Below are positions 37,943-48,867 of a DNA stretch of 64,000 bases, in pieces. Where the stretch lies: positions 5,210,001 through 5,274,000 of the forward strand of contig OZ076409.1 of NCBI GenBank assembly GCA_964187785.1, written 5' to 3'. Position numbers and translations under genes: made by a program. The stretch is from Amphiscolops sp. MND2022. Taxonomy: Eukaryota. Under the pieces are notes generated by a model. That model saw only the letters and a program-made list of their open reading frames with translations. It did not search any database and was not told the DNA's origin. Numbering within the stretch: position 1 is the first letter of the stretch; each line of letters starts with the position of its first letter.

Positions 37943-38350
37943 TTTTTTCCGCAATGAAAAGTTTTCCAAACACAAAAAAAACCATAGAAAAACAAAAATT
38001 TGTCTTTCTTATTGACAGTCTATTGGACTAACTGGGGTGAGTTATTGCTTGTCTCAATATAGTTTCTTTCCCGAGTCACCGATAAAAAAATGGAAAATAG
38101 TGAAAATTGGCAAAAATTACATTTTAAAAAACTAAAAGAAACATGCTTTTCCTCAAAAACTGAGCAACTGTTTGGTAAGTTATTGCCCAACTCTGGTTAC
38201 ACAGTAGGTCACAGGTGAAAACGCTAAGGAAATTTTTTCAATGAAGCTTCAGCTATGAAGAGACGACCGGTATTTTTCATGAGACGACCGGCGTTTGAAA
38301 GGAACAGAAAATCTGTTTTTGTCAATTTTCATCTTCTCGTTGTACCGTCG

Positions 38351-39275
38351 AAGTTCAACGTAGTCGGCCTCAGGTTCCAATTCAAACCCGAATTGTTTTA
38401 GTCTAATGGTGTTTTGACTTCGGTATGATTCATCAAGTCTTCCGTATCACGTTGAATTAATTGACTTTTAAGAAGGGAGCATAAACGAAATATGGTTCCG
38501 TAGGCTGGATACTTTTATTCAGTAAATTTGTTTTTTTCATTTAAAACTTTTTCCAACACTTTCTTTTTCTTTGCATACCTGAGTTTAGAAGTATCATATT
38601 TGTCAACGAAGATTTACCAAAAATTGAAATTGAGAATGGAAAGATTGCTAAAAACGTCCCTCTTTCCATAACTCCTCTCTTCGGACTTCCGCTTCCTCCT
38701 TACAAAACGGCGATATAGTTCGGATATAACATCAAAAGGTCGGATATAGCGCTTAACTCCGGATATTACGAGGGTGGACTTCAATAAAATCGAAGGGACC
38801 CTTTGAAGACAAAAATTTTTTCGGAAAAAAGACTAACAGCGCCGAAAATACTGACAGGGGGACCTTTAGTCTCGTCCGGTTTTGTATGTTACGTTTGAAA
38901 AGTAAAAAATGAAAGGCGACCCTTCGCTATAACTTAGATTCGTTTCCGAGGTATTCATTTAGTTGAACAAATTGAACAAAAATTTCGTCGCATTCGAGTG
39001 TGTCTTGAAGAAAAAGAAACGAGTGACTGTAACAGTCGGGCTCTTTTATTTTACAAAAGCACCGACTAACCACACTGAAATTTGGTTGGTTTTTACTATT
39101 ATATCAAAAATATTTTCACTTGACCGCTTAACTGGAGGGAATTAAATTGGTGGGAGAGTTAACAGAAAAGATCTTTGATATTTTCAATAACTACATTAAT
39201 ACTTGGTATGTTTTGAGCAAAAGGTTTTTAATTCATTTTGACAAACTGAATTTAATTGTGAATACTGTTCATTGT
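38351..39275. repeat. 925-bp inverted duplication, right arm
   Basis: Reverse complement of 35134-36058. Confidence 0.95.
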
Positions 39276-39344
39276 ATGTATATATATACATTTGAAAATT
39301 ATGAAGAAAATACCAAGGTTTAAGATACAAGTTTGTTCTGGTTG

Positions 39345-39675
39345 TTAGCGGGCGCGTTTCAGAAAAAGGCAGACCAATACAGTGACGACTAGGTTTTCTC
39401 TCTTCTTTTTTCTTCAGTATTACATCATTTTCTTCAATTCGTTCAACTTTGTTAGTGGATTCATGTCGTTCTGGAGCAAATTTGAAATTTATACTAGGAC
39501 CAATTTACAAAGCTAGAAACACCAAAGGTTTTTTCACACTGTGGAGATAATTTGAAAAAAAAATTCGTCTTCAGTTGAACAAAAACCTTTAGTTGCGCTC
39601 GAATTCCTTTCAAAGAGATTTTTTGCGCATTTTGAGCTTTAAGCAGAACGCCAAAATGGGCCGTTCCTTGCTTGC
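39345..39675 (+). mobile_element. Old, degenerate HINE-like copy
   Basis: Degenerate 5' (TTAGCGGGCGCGTTT..CAGACCAATACAGT) and 3' (TTTTGAGCTTTAAG..CGCC..TGGGCCGTTCCTTGCTTG) ends. Confidence 0.45.
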
Positions 39676-42212
39676 TTGATAAAAACACAGTAAAAATTAT
39701 CATTTTGTTTTGCTTTTACTGGTTATTTTTAAAAATACCTTGTCACGGATTATACGAGAAAAGTTCAAATGTTTTTCATCTGTTCTTGTAATTTTCCTGG
39801 AGGTTTCTTTTCCGATGAGACTTCAAATATCAAGCAAAAAATGGAGGCATTTCTATTTTTCAAATCTTCAAGAGATTTCAAATCTTCAAATCGTCAAGAG
39901 AGTTTGCTCTTGAAAGTTAAAAGCTTCATCAGTTGCATTTTGTAATCTCAACTCTTTTCATCTTGTGTGTTTTTTAACTATTCACTGCTAAACATTTATC
40001 GGGCCTAACTAATTAATGAAAAATGAAAAACGGAAGCAAAACTAAGTTCAAGATACGTGATAAGATCAGACAAAGACGTGAAAATATGGCAAATTCAGTT
40101 TTTCAGCAGTTTGAACTTTCTGCACAAATAGGCGAGAAGAACTTGTTCTCTTAGCTTCTGAAGTTTCAATCCCTACAGAATCCTATTTTATTCGAAAAGT
40201 TAGGAATCAAAACATTATTTAGAATCAAAACATATCAGTAGGCAATCAATTTTGAACGATCGTTTTTTTTTAAAAAAGAAATGATACTAGATTTGATCAG
40301 AAAAAATGAAATGGATAAACAGAAAATTAGAATCGCAAAGCTTCAATAATTTTTCAGTTTCAATAATTCACGGCAAACCGAATAAATAGGATACGGCATC
40401 TCACCGTATAACAAGGAGCTTCCCATTTTCCCGGCAGATTCGACTATATAAAGCATCTCAAGACCACCAAAAAACCACGAGCTACAAAAAAGCTAAAAAT
40501 AATTTTCCAAAATTATTATCAGTTCTTTTTTTTCGATTGCATTATTTTTGAAGCCATTTGTGAAAACAGTCATTTCTAAAAGTGAAAAGCTATTTGTCGG
40601 AACAACGGGTGCTTGTGAAAATAAAAAAGGCGCAAATAGAAGACAAACGTAAAATTGACAGTTGGCGCTGAAATTTCCCGAAAAGAGAACAAGGTTAAAA
40701 ACAGTCACTTTTTTCGAGGACAGCAATTAATAGCTCCGAGAAAAGTCTTTGGTTTTTTTTCATCTTTTTTCTGCTCTTAGTCAACAGTTGAATCGTCAAG
40801 TTTTATACGAGAATTTATCAAGACTCTTGTGCTTAAAATAGATCAGAAGCAATGAGATTTGAAGAGTCCATATAAGGCATCGATCTTTAGATTGTTTTAG
40901 TCGTTGTCTTGTTTTTCTCCGATGCGGTTTATTTTTCTCCGATGCGGTTTATTTTCAAAAGAGGCGATTGCTTTTTGAAATTTTAATTAAGTATGGAAAT
41001 TTATCGGTTTCTCGAAATAAAAACAGATCAAAAACATGGCTTTTGAACAGTATTGAAAAAAAAATATTTTTGCGAACCTCAGAAAAATGTGTTGCTCAGT
41101 TCCGAAAAGACCTTTTATGTTGTAATCTTGGTTTTTCATATCTTTCACACTCATTAGTATTGAGGTACGATTTAAATGGGAAAAATCAATATGAAAAGTG
41201 CAAATGTAAAATGTTTTTCTCTTAGAAAAAACGGTCTTTTTTATGTTTTGTTTTTAAATTCATACCACGTAGTTCTCAGCGAAAAATAATTTAGTCATGA
41301 ATTTTCTAAAATTAAACTCTTTTCTTTCGACTTAAGGTATAGCAGGTAAGCGGAATATACCGCCGATAACGAAAAGCAAATTCGAAAATAAAATTTTATG
41401 AAACTCGAAATTGATCATTTTTGTAATTGGTCTAGGTATGAATAAACTTGACTATTTATAATAACAAAAAAATAAATATTGGACAGACTATAAAGGTACC
41501 ATGGAAATTACAATCTAAAAAGAACAGTCTCCCAGACAAAACAAAAAAGTTTTCTCTCGAAAAGTTGTGTTTTTATTCTATTTAAAAAAGGTGGTTTTTC
41601 TTAAATTTTGCAATGAAGTAGGAATGCATTCGGCGCCTATTGCTGAAAAAGCAGTGTCAGAACTTAAAGAAGTTCAATTAACCTAATGAAGTGTTGTCGA
41701 TTTGGTTTATTTCAAAGTGCGAAAGCGCGACGCGACATTGTTAGCTCGAAAACGGATGCTGACAAAAAATCATTTTGTAAAATGGTTGCGCTTTGAATAG
41801 GTAGACTATAACGACCGTTTCTTTCAATCCCAAACAGCAGTGTTTTTTTTTGGAAATTTTCAAGAACCCGTTAGGACATTTACTATTGTGTCAAAAAAGC
41901 ACTGCAATTAAAAAGCAGAAAAAAGGTTGTTATTGACAGGCGTCTTTTACTAGAGAGAAAATATTTTCCGAGAGGAGTTCTCAACTTATCTGATTTCGAA
42001 AGTTTCATTAGTAATTACAGTCTAGCTTTTCCACCAATTGGAAGTCGAATATTCTGAAATTTAGTTTCCTTTTCAATGAATCTTTCCCGGTTTGTTAAAT
42101 TCCCGGAATGCTATAGGTTTGTTAAATTTTAAAACCCCAAAATTCGAAACGTGACCCTTTGCTGAAATTAATTTAACCAAAGTGCCAAAAAATTCCAACT
42201 CGCAGTGGCTAG

Positions 42213-42716
42213 TTTTTAATCGGCGCTTTTCTTTAGAAAACAGTCGACTATAGTCATGGCTTTTCGTCAGTGTTTTTTTAAGACCACTTGAACTGACCAA
42301 AATAGTTCTACAAAAGTTATACAAAATATTATTGCACCAAATTGCACCATTTGGCCTAGCGAACTGAACCAAAAAGGTTTTTCCTGTTTTCCCGCGTAAC
42401 ATACGATACCGGGCGAGACCAAAGGGTCCCCCTTTCAGTTTTCTTCGGCATTGTGAGACTTTTTTTCCGGAAAAAAAAATTCCCCAAAGGGTCCCCCCTT
42501 CAATTTTTTTGATGTTTTGCGAAAAAATGGATGTTGAAAACCCCCAAAGGGTCCACCCTTTCAGTTTTTTTCGGCATTGTTAGACTTTTTTTCCAAAAAA
42601 ATTTTTTCATAAAAGGGTCCCCAACCCCCAACTCACCAATACTTTGACATATTGAAGTCCTTTTGCTATTTTTGAGCTTTAGATATGGCGCCGACTTGGG
42701 CCGGTCCTGGCTTGTT
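42213..42716 (+). mobile_element. HINE-like element, full copy
   Basis: TTTTTAATCGGCGCTTT...GTCGACTA ... GATATGGCGCCGACTTGGGCCGGTCCTGGCTTGTT. Confidence 0.75.
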
Positions 42717-43385
42717 GTTCTTACGTTCACGGTGAGCGAAAAAAAAAGAAGTAATTGTAAGAGTCTACCTTTTTTAAAAGTGCCGAATAAAAACATTTGA
42801 TCCGACAAACTGATCAGTTGAATTGCTACGTTTTGACTACATGTGTTACGTTTTTTAATTTTTCAAAGAAGTGAATTAATTTGTTGAAATGCAGAGGTTA
42901 TTCAAAAAGGGTGAAATGTAGAACATCTGTGAACAACATGTGTGTGACATGTAGAACACGTAAAACTGAATGACTTTGTTATAACGCTGAATTTGATCCC
43001 CCAAAAAAGGAAAAAAATTTACGTGGGAATAGCGTAGAAGGTACAGCCCGAAGCAGTGAATCAGAAGGTCAACTGTTCAGTTCTAACTCTCCGCAGCGTT
43101 TTGGTTTGATCGAATAAAACATTTCAACCGGTTACAAAAGTAAATTTATTTATCTTATAATCGAGTCAACGGCTAAGTGAACGTGGGTTTACTTAAACGT
43201 CATCATCAGTATAAATTTCTTCAACTTTCAATGTATTTTCATTCGTGTTTCTTTGAATCTGCTGATGAATTTTACAAAATTTAGAAAATCACATTTCTCT
43301 ACCCTAGTTTGCTTGAACTTTTTACATTTTTTACAATTATTTTTTACATTTTATACAATCCTCAAACACATACGGAAACGTTATT

Positions 43386-43648
43386 CCCAGTGTTCGAAGC
43401 CATGGAACCCTTGCCATGATCATGGTAAATCTTGCTGCTAAATCATGGTTAACCATGGTACCCTTGTCAAGATCATGGCAAACCATGATACATGGAACCC
43501 TTGTCAAGATCATGGTTAATCATGGTTAGCCTTTGCACGATCTTGCATGGCCATGGTATCCTTGTCAAGATCATGGCAAGATCTTGGCAAGGCTAGCAAG
43601 GAACTTGGCATGGATCTTGGCAAGGGTACCATGGCTTCGAACACTGGG
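43386..43648. mobile_element. MITE with CCC...GGG ends and 2-bp TSD (CMC/EnSpm-like signature)
   Basis: ~30 bp TIR CCCAGTGTTCGAAGCCATGG.ACCCTTGCCA; internal CTTGTCAAGATCATGG repeats; TT on both flanks. Confidence 0.8.
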
Positions 43649-44794
43649 TTGCGTTAATATTTCCCTATTGTCATCAACTTGCATCAAGTTGCTTGAAAGA
43701 ATCATCAAAGTTTTGGCGGCGATTCAGGCTGTGAAGTTCAAGTTTCATTATGCATTAGCTCTAAATTTTAATGCAGCAGAGACGTCAACAATTTTGGCGC
43801 CACTTCAATGAAAATTGACTTCATTTATAATGTAAACAACAAACTAGCGTATCTGCAGCGTCGTACTTGAGAAACGGTTATTAAATCAGACGAGTACTTG
43901 AAAATTTAATGTGTGAATACGACGTATCGTGTCCGTAAAGAAGGAGAAATATTTTCAACTAATTGCAGTAGTGGAAATCGCAGTCTAACTTTACAAGATT
44001 TACAACATGAGCATTACTGAATTATGCAAGAAGGTTGAGAATTGGCTTGCGATATAAGCTTGTGCTTCATTGCTTTACAAAAGCAATTTTAAAGGAAAAG
44101 GTCATTCACAGCGAGCGTTTGCTGTGAATCCCACTGGCAAATCTCTTGTAGTTCATTTCAATTTTGGTTTTGCAGACTTTGCTGAGAGTTTATGTAGGCA
44201 TGTCTGAAGGCTGGTTACCTTAGTTGAGCTCGCATGAATTTTTACATGTTGCATGGATGCATGCAGGGTAGTTTTTTTTTTTAAAAAAAAACTAGAAAAT
44301 AGCCTGAAACTGAAACTGAAATTTCTGCGCTTACTATTACGGGAATTAACAGAAAAGATCCAATTCAGGAATCATGTAGGGAAAAATCTCGTAAAACTTT
44401 GCTGCATCTTTGATAATCTTGAACGTTTTTCACTGGGCTTCAAAAAAGCTCTGCAGCATAACAGTTGTCAGGAAAAAAGTCAATTTTCCCACAAAACCTT
44501 CATAAAAGCCCTTGCAACCAATGAAATTTTCGAACAAGAGTTTTCTTTTCTCCGATGAAAATGCTGACTTCTAGGAATCTCGCTCTGATAGAAACTAGAA
44601 AAAATGAAAAATATACTAAACTTTAAAAGTGAAATTATAAACATCGAATATAGATGGCTACAGCGATTTTCACTGTCTCTCGGAATCAATGAATGAATCG
44701 AGGGGAAACTTGATTAGATTTGAAGTCGGAACTCTCATCTCGATTTGCGGTGTCTGGAACTGACCGACGATTGAAAAATCTTTGAAGGAAAAGT

Positions 44795-44980
44795 CTGATC
44801 TTGCAAGAAATGTATGGACCTGCAAGAATCTTGCAAAAAACATCTGAATCTGCAAGAAATGTCTGATCTGCCAGAATGTGACTGGTTTGTCTGAATTATA
44901 AGATACTTGGAAGATTCTTGCAGATAATCTCTCATATGTTCCACTTCTGCAAGATTCTTGCAAGAAATGTATGCAAGAAT
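44795..44980. repeat. (CT)TGCAAGA(AT) motif cluster, probably a MITE remnant
   Basis: Repeated TCTTGCAAGA / CTGCAAGA units; related clusters at about 5130-5230 and 62865-62935. Confidence 0.5.
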
Positions 44981-45379
44981 ATGACCGACAATTGACCTAC
45001 TACCTACTAGTCACTGATCTGCAATCCGTCAATTTCTTCAAAATTTGACCTACATTGACAAATTCCAGGTCATATTTTCATATTTCAAAGAACGAGCAGT
45101 CTTTTTGGGAAGAAACGAATTGGGCTAAATCTAAAATTCATCATTTTCTCAGAAATAAATTTCGAAATACAGTTTTTTTTTAAATTTCAAAGAAAACCAG
45201 ACACGTTACAGAAGAACTTTTCCGGCCCTAGCAGTGATTGTTTCTTAGGAAAAGGGGTTTGTGTTCTTCAGCGAAGAAATTAGAAAGAAACTTGCTCAAA
45301 ACAGAAAAGCTAGACTATTGTTCACTTCAGCCGTTGACATTCAAACGAATGAACTGTCAATAGCTTTAGCGAACAATTG

Positions 45380-46343
45380 TTAGTCGGCGCGTTTATATGA
45401 TAAAAGAGCTCGGCTATTACAGCCACTCGTTTTTTCCTTAAGACAGATTCGTTTGCGACAAAATTTTGGTTCAATTTGTTCGACTAAACGAATGTTTACC
45501 CTAGTCGAGATTGCTTGGACGTTTTACATGCTGCATGAAAACATGCAGGCTAATTTTTTACAAAACATGGAAAATTCCGGGAGCCTGCATGGAAACATTT
45601 TGTAGGATTACAATGCAGCTTCCACTATTCCAATTAAAACTGAAAACATTTCCACTTCTTCACTACCGCGATCACTTTGTTTTCACGCGTAAGTTTCTCA
45701 AGTAAGTACCTTATGTAATCACCGTTAGTCAAATACCACGCTGAATATGACGCTACTTTGAAACTTATAATGTGACTGAAGTCTATTTGCATTGAAAGCG
45801 CGATAAAATTGATGACGGTCTCAGCTGCTTTCAAAATTAGAACGGCGTCTAAATGAAACCTGCAAAACTTTGCAGCGCAAAATTGCCGCCAAATTTAGGA
45901 TGCCTTTTATTGGCAGCTTGATAAAATTAAATCGAATCATTGAAGGTGTGTTGCATGGAAGTTTCTTTGAGAATTGTATGAAATCATGGAAAATTAGGTT
46001 GGTAACCTACAAAAAGTTCAAGCAGTTCCAACCAGGGATACCTCGGAAACGCAACTAAGTTATTGCAAAGGGTCATTTTTTACTTTTTAAACGTAATTTA
46101 CAAAACCGGACGAGAATACAGGTTCCCTCCTTCGATTTTAATGAAGTCCCTCTCGTAATATCCAGAGTAAAGCTCTATATCCCAACTTTTGACGTTATAT
46201 CTGAATTTTATTGCGTTTTATTAAGGAGGAGGCGGAAGTTCGAAAACATGAGTTTTTAATGAAAACGTCTTACGCGTATTTTAAAAACTGTGCTTTTTGA
46301 GCATTAGATATTGCGCCGACTTTGGACGTTCCCGTCTTGTTTT
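45380..46343 (+). mobile_element. HINE-like element interrupted by a TIR element
   Basis: 5' TTAGTCGGCGCG; 3' GATATTGCGCCGACTTTGGACGTTCCCGTCTTGTTT; the consensus resumes at ATACCTCGGAAACG after 46037. Confidence 0.7.
45498..46037. mobile_element. Non-autonomous TIR element with CCC...GGG ends
   Basis: Imperfect TIRs CCCTAGTCGAGATTGCTTGGAC / GTTCAAGCAGTTCCAACCAGGG; second copy at about 9490-9834. Confidence 0.65.
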
Positions 46344-46896
46344 TCTTTTAAAGTTTTTCCATTTTGAACTAATTACTTTCCATTTTCTTCGCATGGATGA
46401 AGAGGTTTGTAAATTGAGACACTAAAAATCCAAGACAATTGTTCAGTCAGTAGTTAGGGGACTTCTCGAGGTCAAGCACTATTTGCATCTTTAGAAATTT
46501 CCCTTGATATCTGGAACCTTTTCCCGTTTTTCGTGATTGACGCTCCTCCGCAATTTGAATGACTTACTGTCACCTTTCTGTGGCCCAAGGACAATAAACT
46601 ATTCCCTATTAACGTGGAGGAATTAACGGGTCTCCTATAAATCAGGTGAAATTCGAGTTTGGTAGAAAACTCAATGATAAAGATGATAGCTGCAGCACAA
46701 GTTCAATTTTTTTTTCAAAAAAAATGAAAGTAGTGAAATTTTATAATTTTGTTGCTAGTGAGGGTTTTTCTTGCAGGGGACCGCCTATCTATCCATCGAT
46801 GAACGTCGATCATAAGGAAAAACGCTGTGCTTTTCTTTCCAAGGAAAAGAAATGGAGGTTAATTGAATTGGCTGACAAAGAAACTGATAGTCAAAA

Positions 46897-47609
46897 TGTA
46901 ACGTCAAGCTAACAGCTACATTCCAGAACCGGGACAATGCCCAGGTTGCCTTAACAAGAGACCAGTGTCTTACAACAACCTAAACATTAGTTTTTGGTCC
47001 CAAATGGTCTCTGTAAGGACTTTTCCAAGACGCCGAGGAGACTCCTCATATTAGAGCTCCGTGGCGACGTGCCGGCACACTCAAAGTCCGGACACGTCCC
47101 ACAAGCACGTAAAAACGGTCCTAAAGGCTTCCTGCGATCCTACATACCTCCGAGGTCTGAAAACAGGGGTTTAGTCAGAGCACATCTCAATTAAGTGAAT
47201 AACGTCTAAAATCAACACCTTCCAGGTTTACCATTAACAAACACCTGAAAATCTGCCAAAATACTACAAAACAGCACTGGGGAGGCATTCTGAACAGTTC
47301 TCAGCGAGTTTTGAGCTTTGGGTTCAACTCACGCAAAAATCGCACCTTCTTCTTCATCTCTTTTCCGGCTCATTCTTGCGATTTTCCGGTTTTGATGGCA
47401 CAACACTGGGGTATTGGCTAGTTTCTGCTTCTGAATATCTTCTTTCGCTGCTTTTCGGTCTTCTCTGTGGTCTGGGGGGGTCTTTTTTTGCGTTGTGTGT
47501 GCTTCCTTTTCGATTTCAACGACCTGCTAGGTCGGCCATTTTGATTCGCACACTTTTTGGGTATTCTTCGAATTTTTGAAATTTTTGACCTTGACTGGTG
47601 GACGTTACA
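46897..47609 (-). repeat. 3' LTR
   Basis: Matches 61263-61974; purine tract GGGGAGGA adjacent on the minus strand (47610-47617). Confidence 0.97.
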
Positions 47610-48867
47610 TCCTCCCCGGGCCGTAGTTTGTCGTCCTCGGCAAACGAGAGAGAATGATACATACCCAGCGGGTCTTTTAGCAACATTATTTCAATTTTTT
47701 TTTACTGCTCCAAATTTCTGCATCATTTTTACAGCACTTTTTTTTGACATTAGCACTTTTTCATCTTTTGAATTTAGCACTTTTTCAACATTCTAGAGGA
47801 TAAAAACATTTTCTCTAAAAGAAAACTCTTTCCACTCGTTTCAATCTAGTTAAAACTTCTTTTAAGGGTGGTAATGTACGCGGCATTCCAAGAATTGCAA
47901 GAAAGCATAGTTGCAGGAATTTCAATTGCAATTTTTTTTTTGTTTTTGGGCAGGGAGGCACCAAGTTAGGACCCACCTACCAGGTAGGGTATTACAGAAT
48001 GCACAATAGCACTTGAATCGGGTGTAATCAAAGCGTTGCAATGCCAAATGAACAGCTCCAATATAGAAACACTACAAATAACACGTCAAAGAAGATCACA
48101 ACGTGAGAGTCCATTCAGTCCATCGTGTTCTGATGTTTGTTTGGGATCCCTTTCCACTGCGCTCATTTTGAGTTCCAGGAATTCATTCATCGTCCACTCA
48201 AGTGTATGAAGTGCAGAACAAGCATTTCTGAAGCCAACAACTATTTGGCTGGAACGGATACGTCTATTTAGACGACAAATAAGTGATTGCCGCTGGAACC
48301 TGTTCCGTATGGGTTGCTTCGCACAAATCACAGGTTGAGTCAAACGTTTGGAGACTGGTGGTTCGAACACCACTAAATTTGACTTGATATTCGTCTCCTG
48401 TCATGCACGGCTTCACCATTCCATAGTTGATAACAGCAGTTGGTTGACGTTGATCTCCGGACAATTATATTGACTTCTTGCCGCTGTCAGTTGGATCCAC
48501 ATTGCTCGGACCGCTCTCTCAACCAAGTGAAAGATTAATGCATTGTGTACAAACAAGAAACGATAGCATACTGCGTTGGTGTGTAGCACCTGGGGTATAA
48601 TCTCAGGAAATTGTGGGGATGTAACTGGGATTTGTGATCTGATACCGCGTAGGTTCAGCGAAATAGGACACAACTGTAAAACAAGCAGCAGTTGTAGATT
48701 AAGACCTTTTTTGAATTGGAGCGAAATACAATATGATCAGACACAGACGAGACAGATAGTAAAACAATCCGTATTAAGAACCAGTTCGCCAATTAGTTAA
48801 AACGACACATAAGTTTAAAAGAAGGCAAGTGGCCTTTCGAATGACTATTTCTGAGTGCTACAGGCTT

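Noticed and set aside
37694..37995. ORFs spanning 37.7-38.0 kb
   Set aside because: Artefacts of the N gap.
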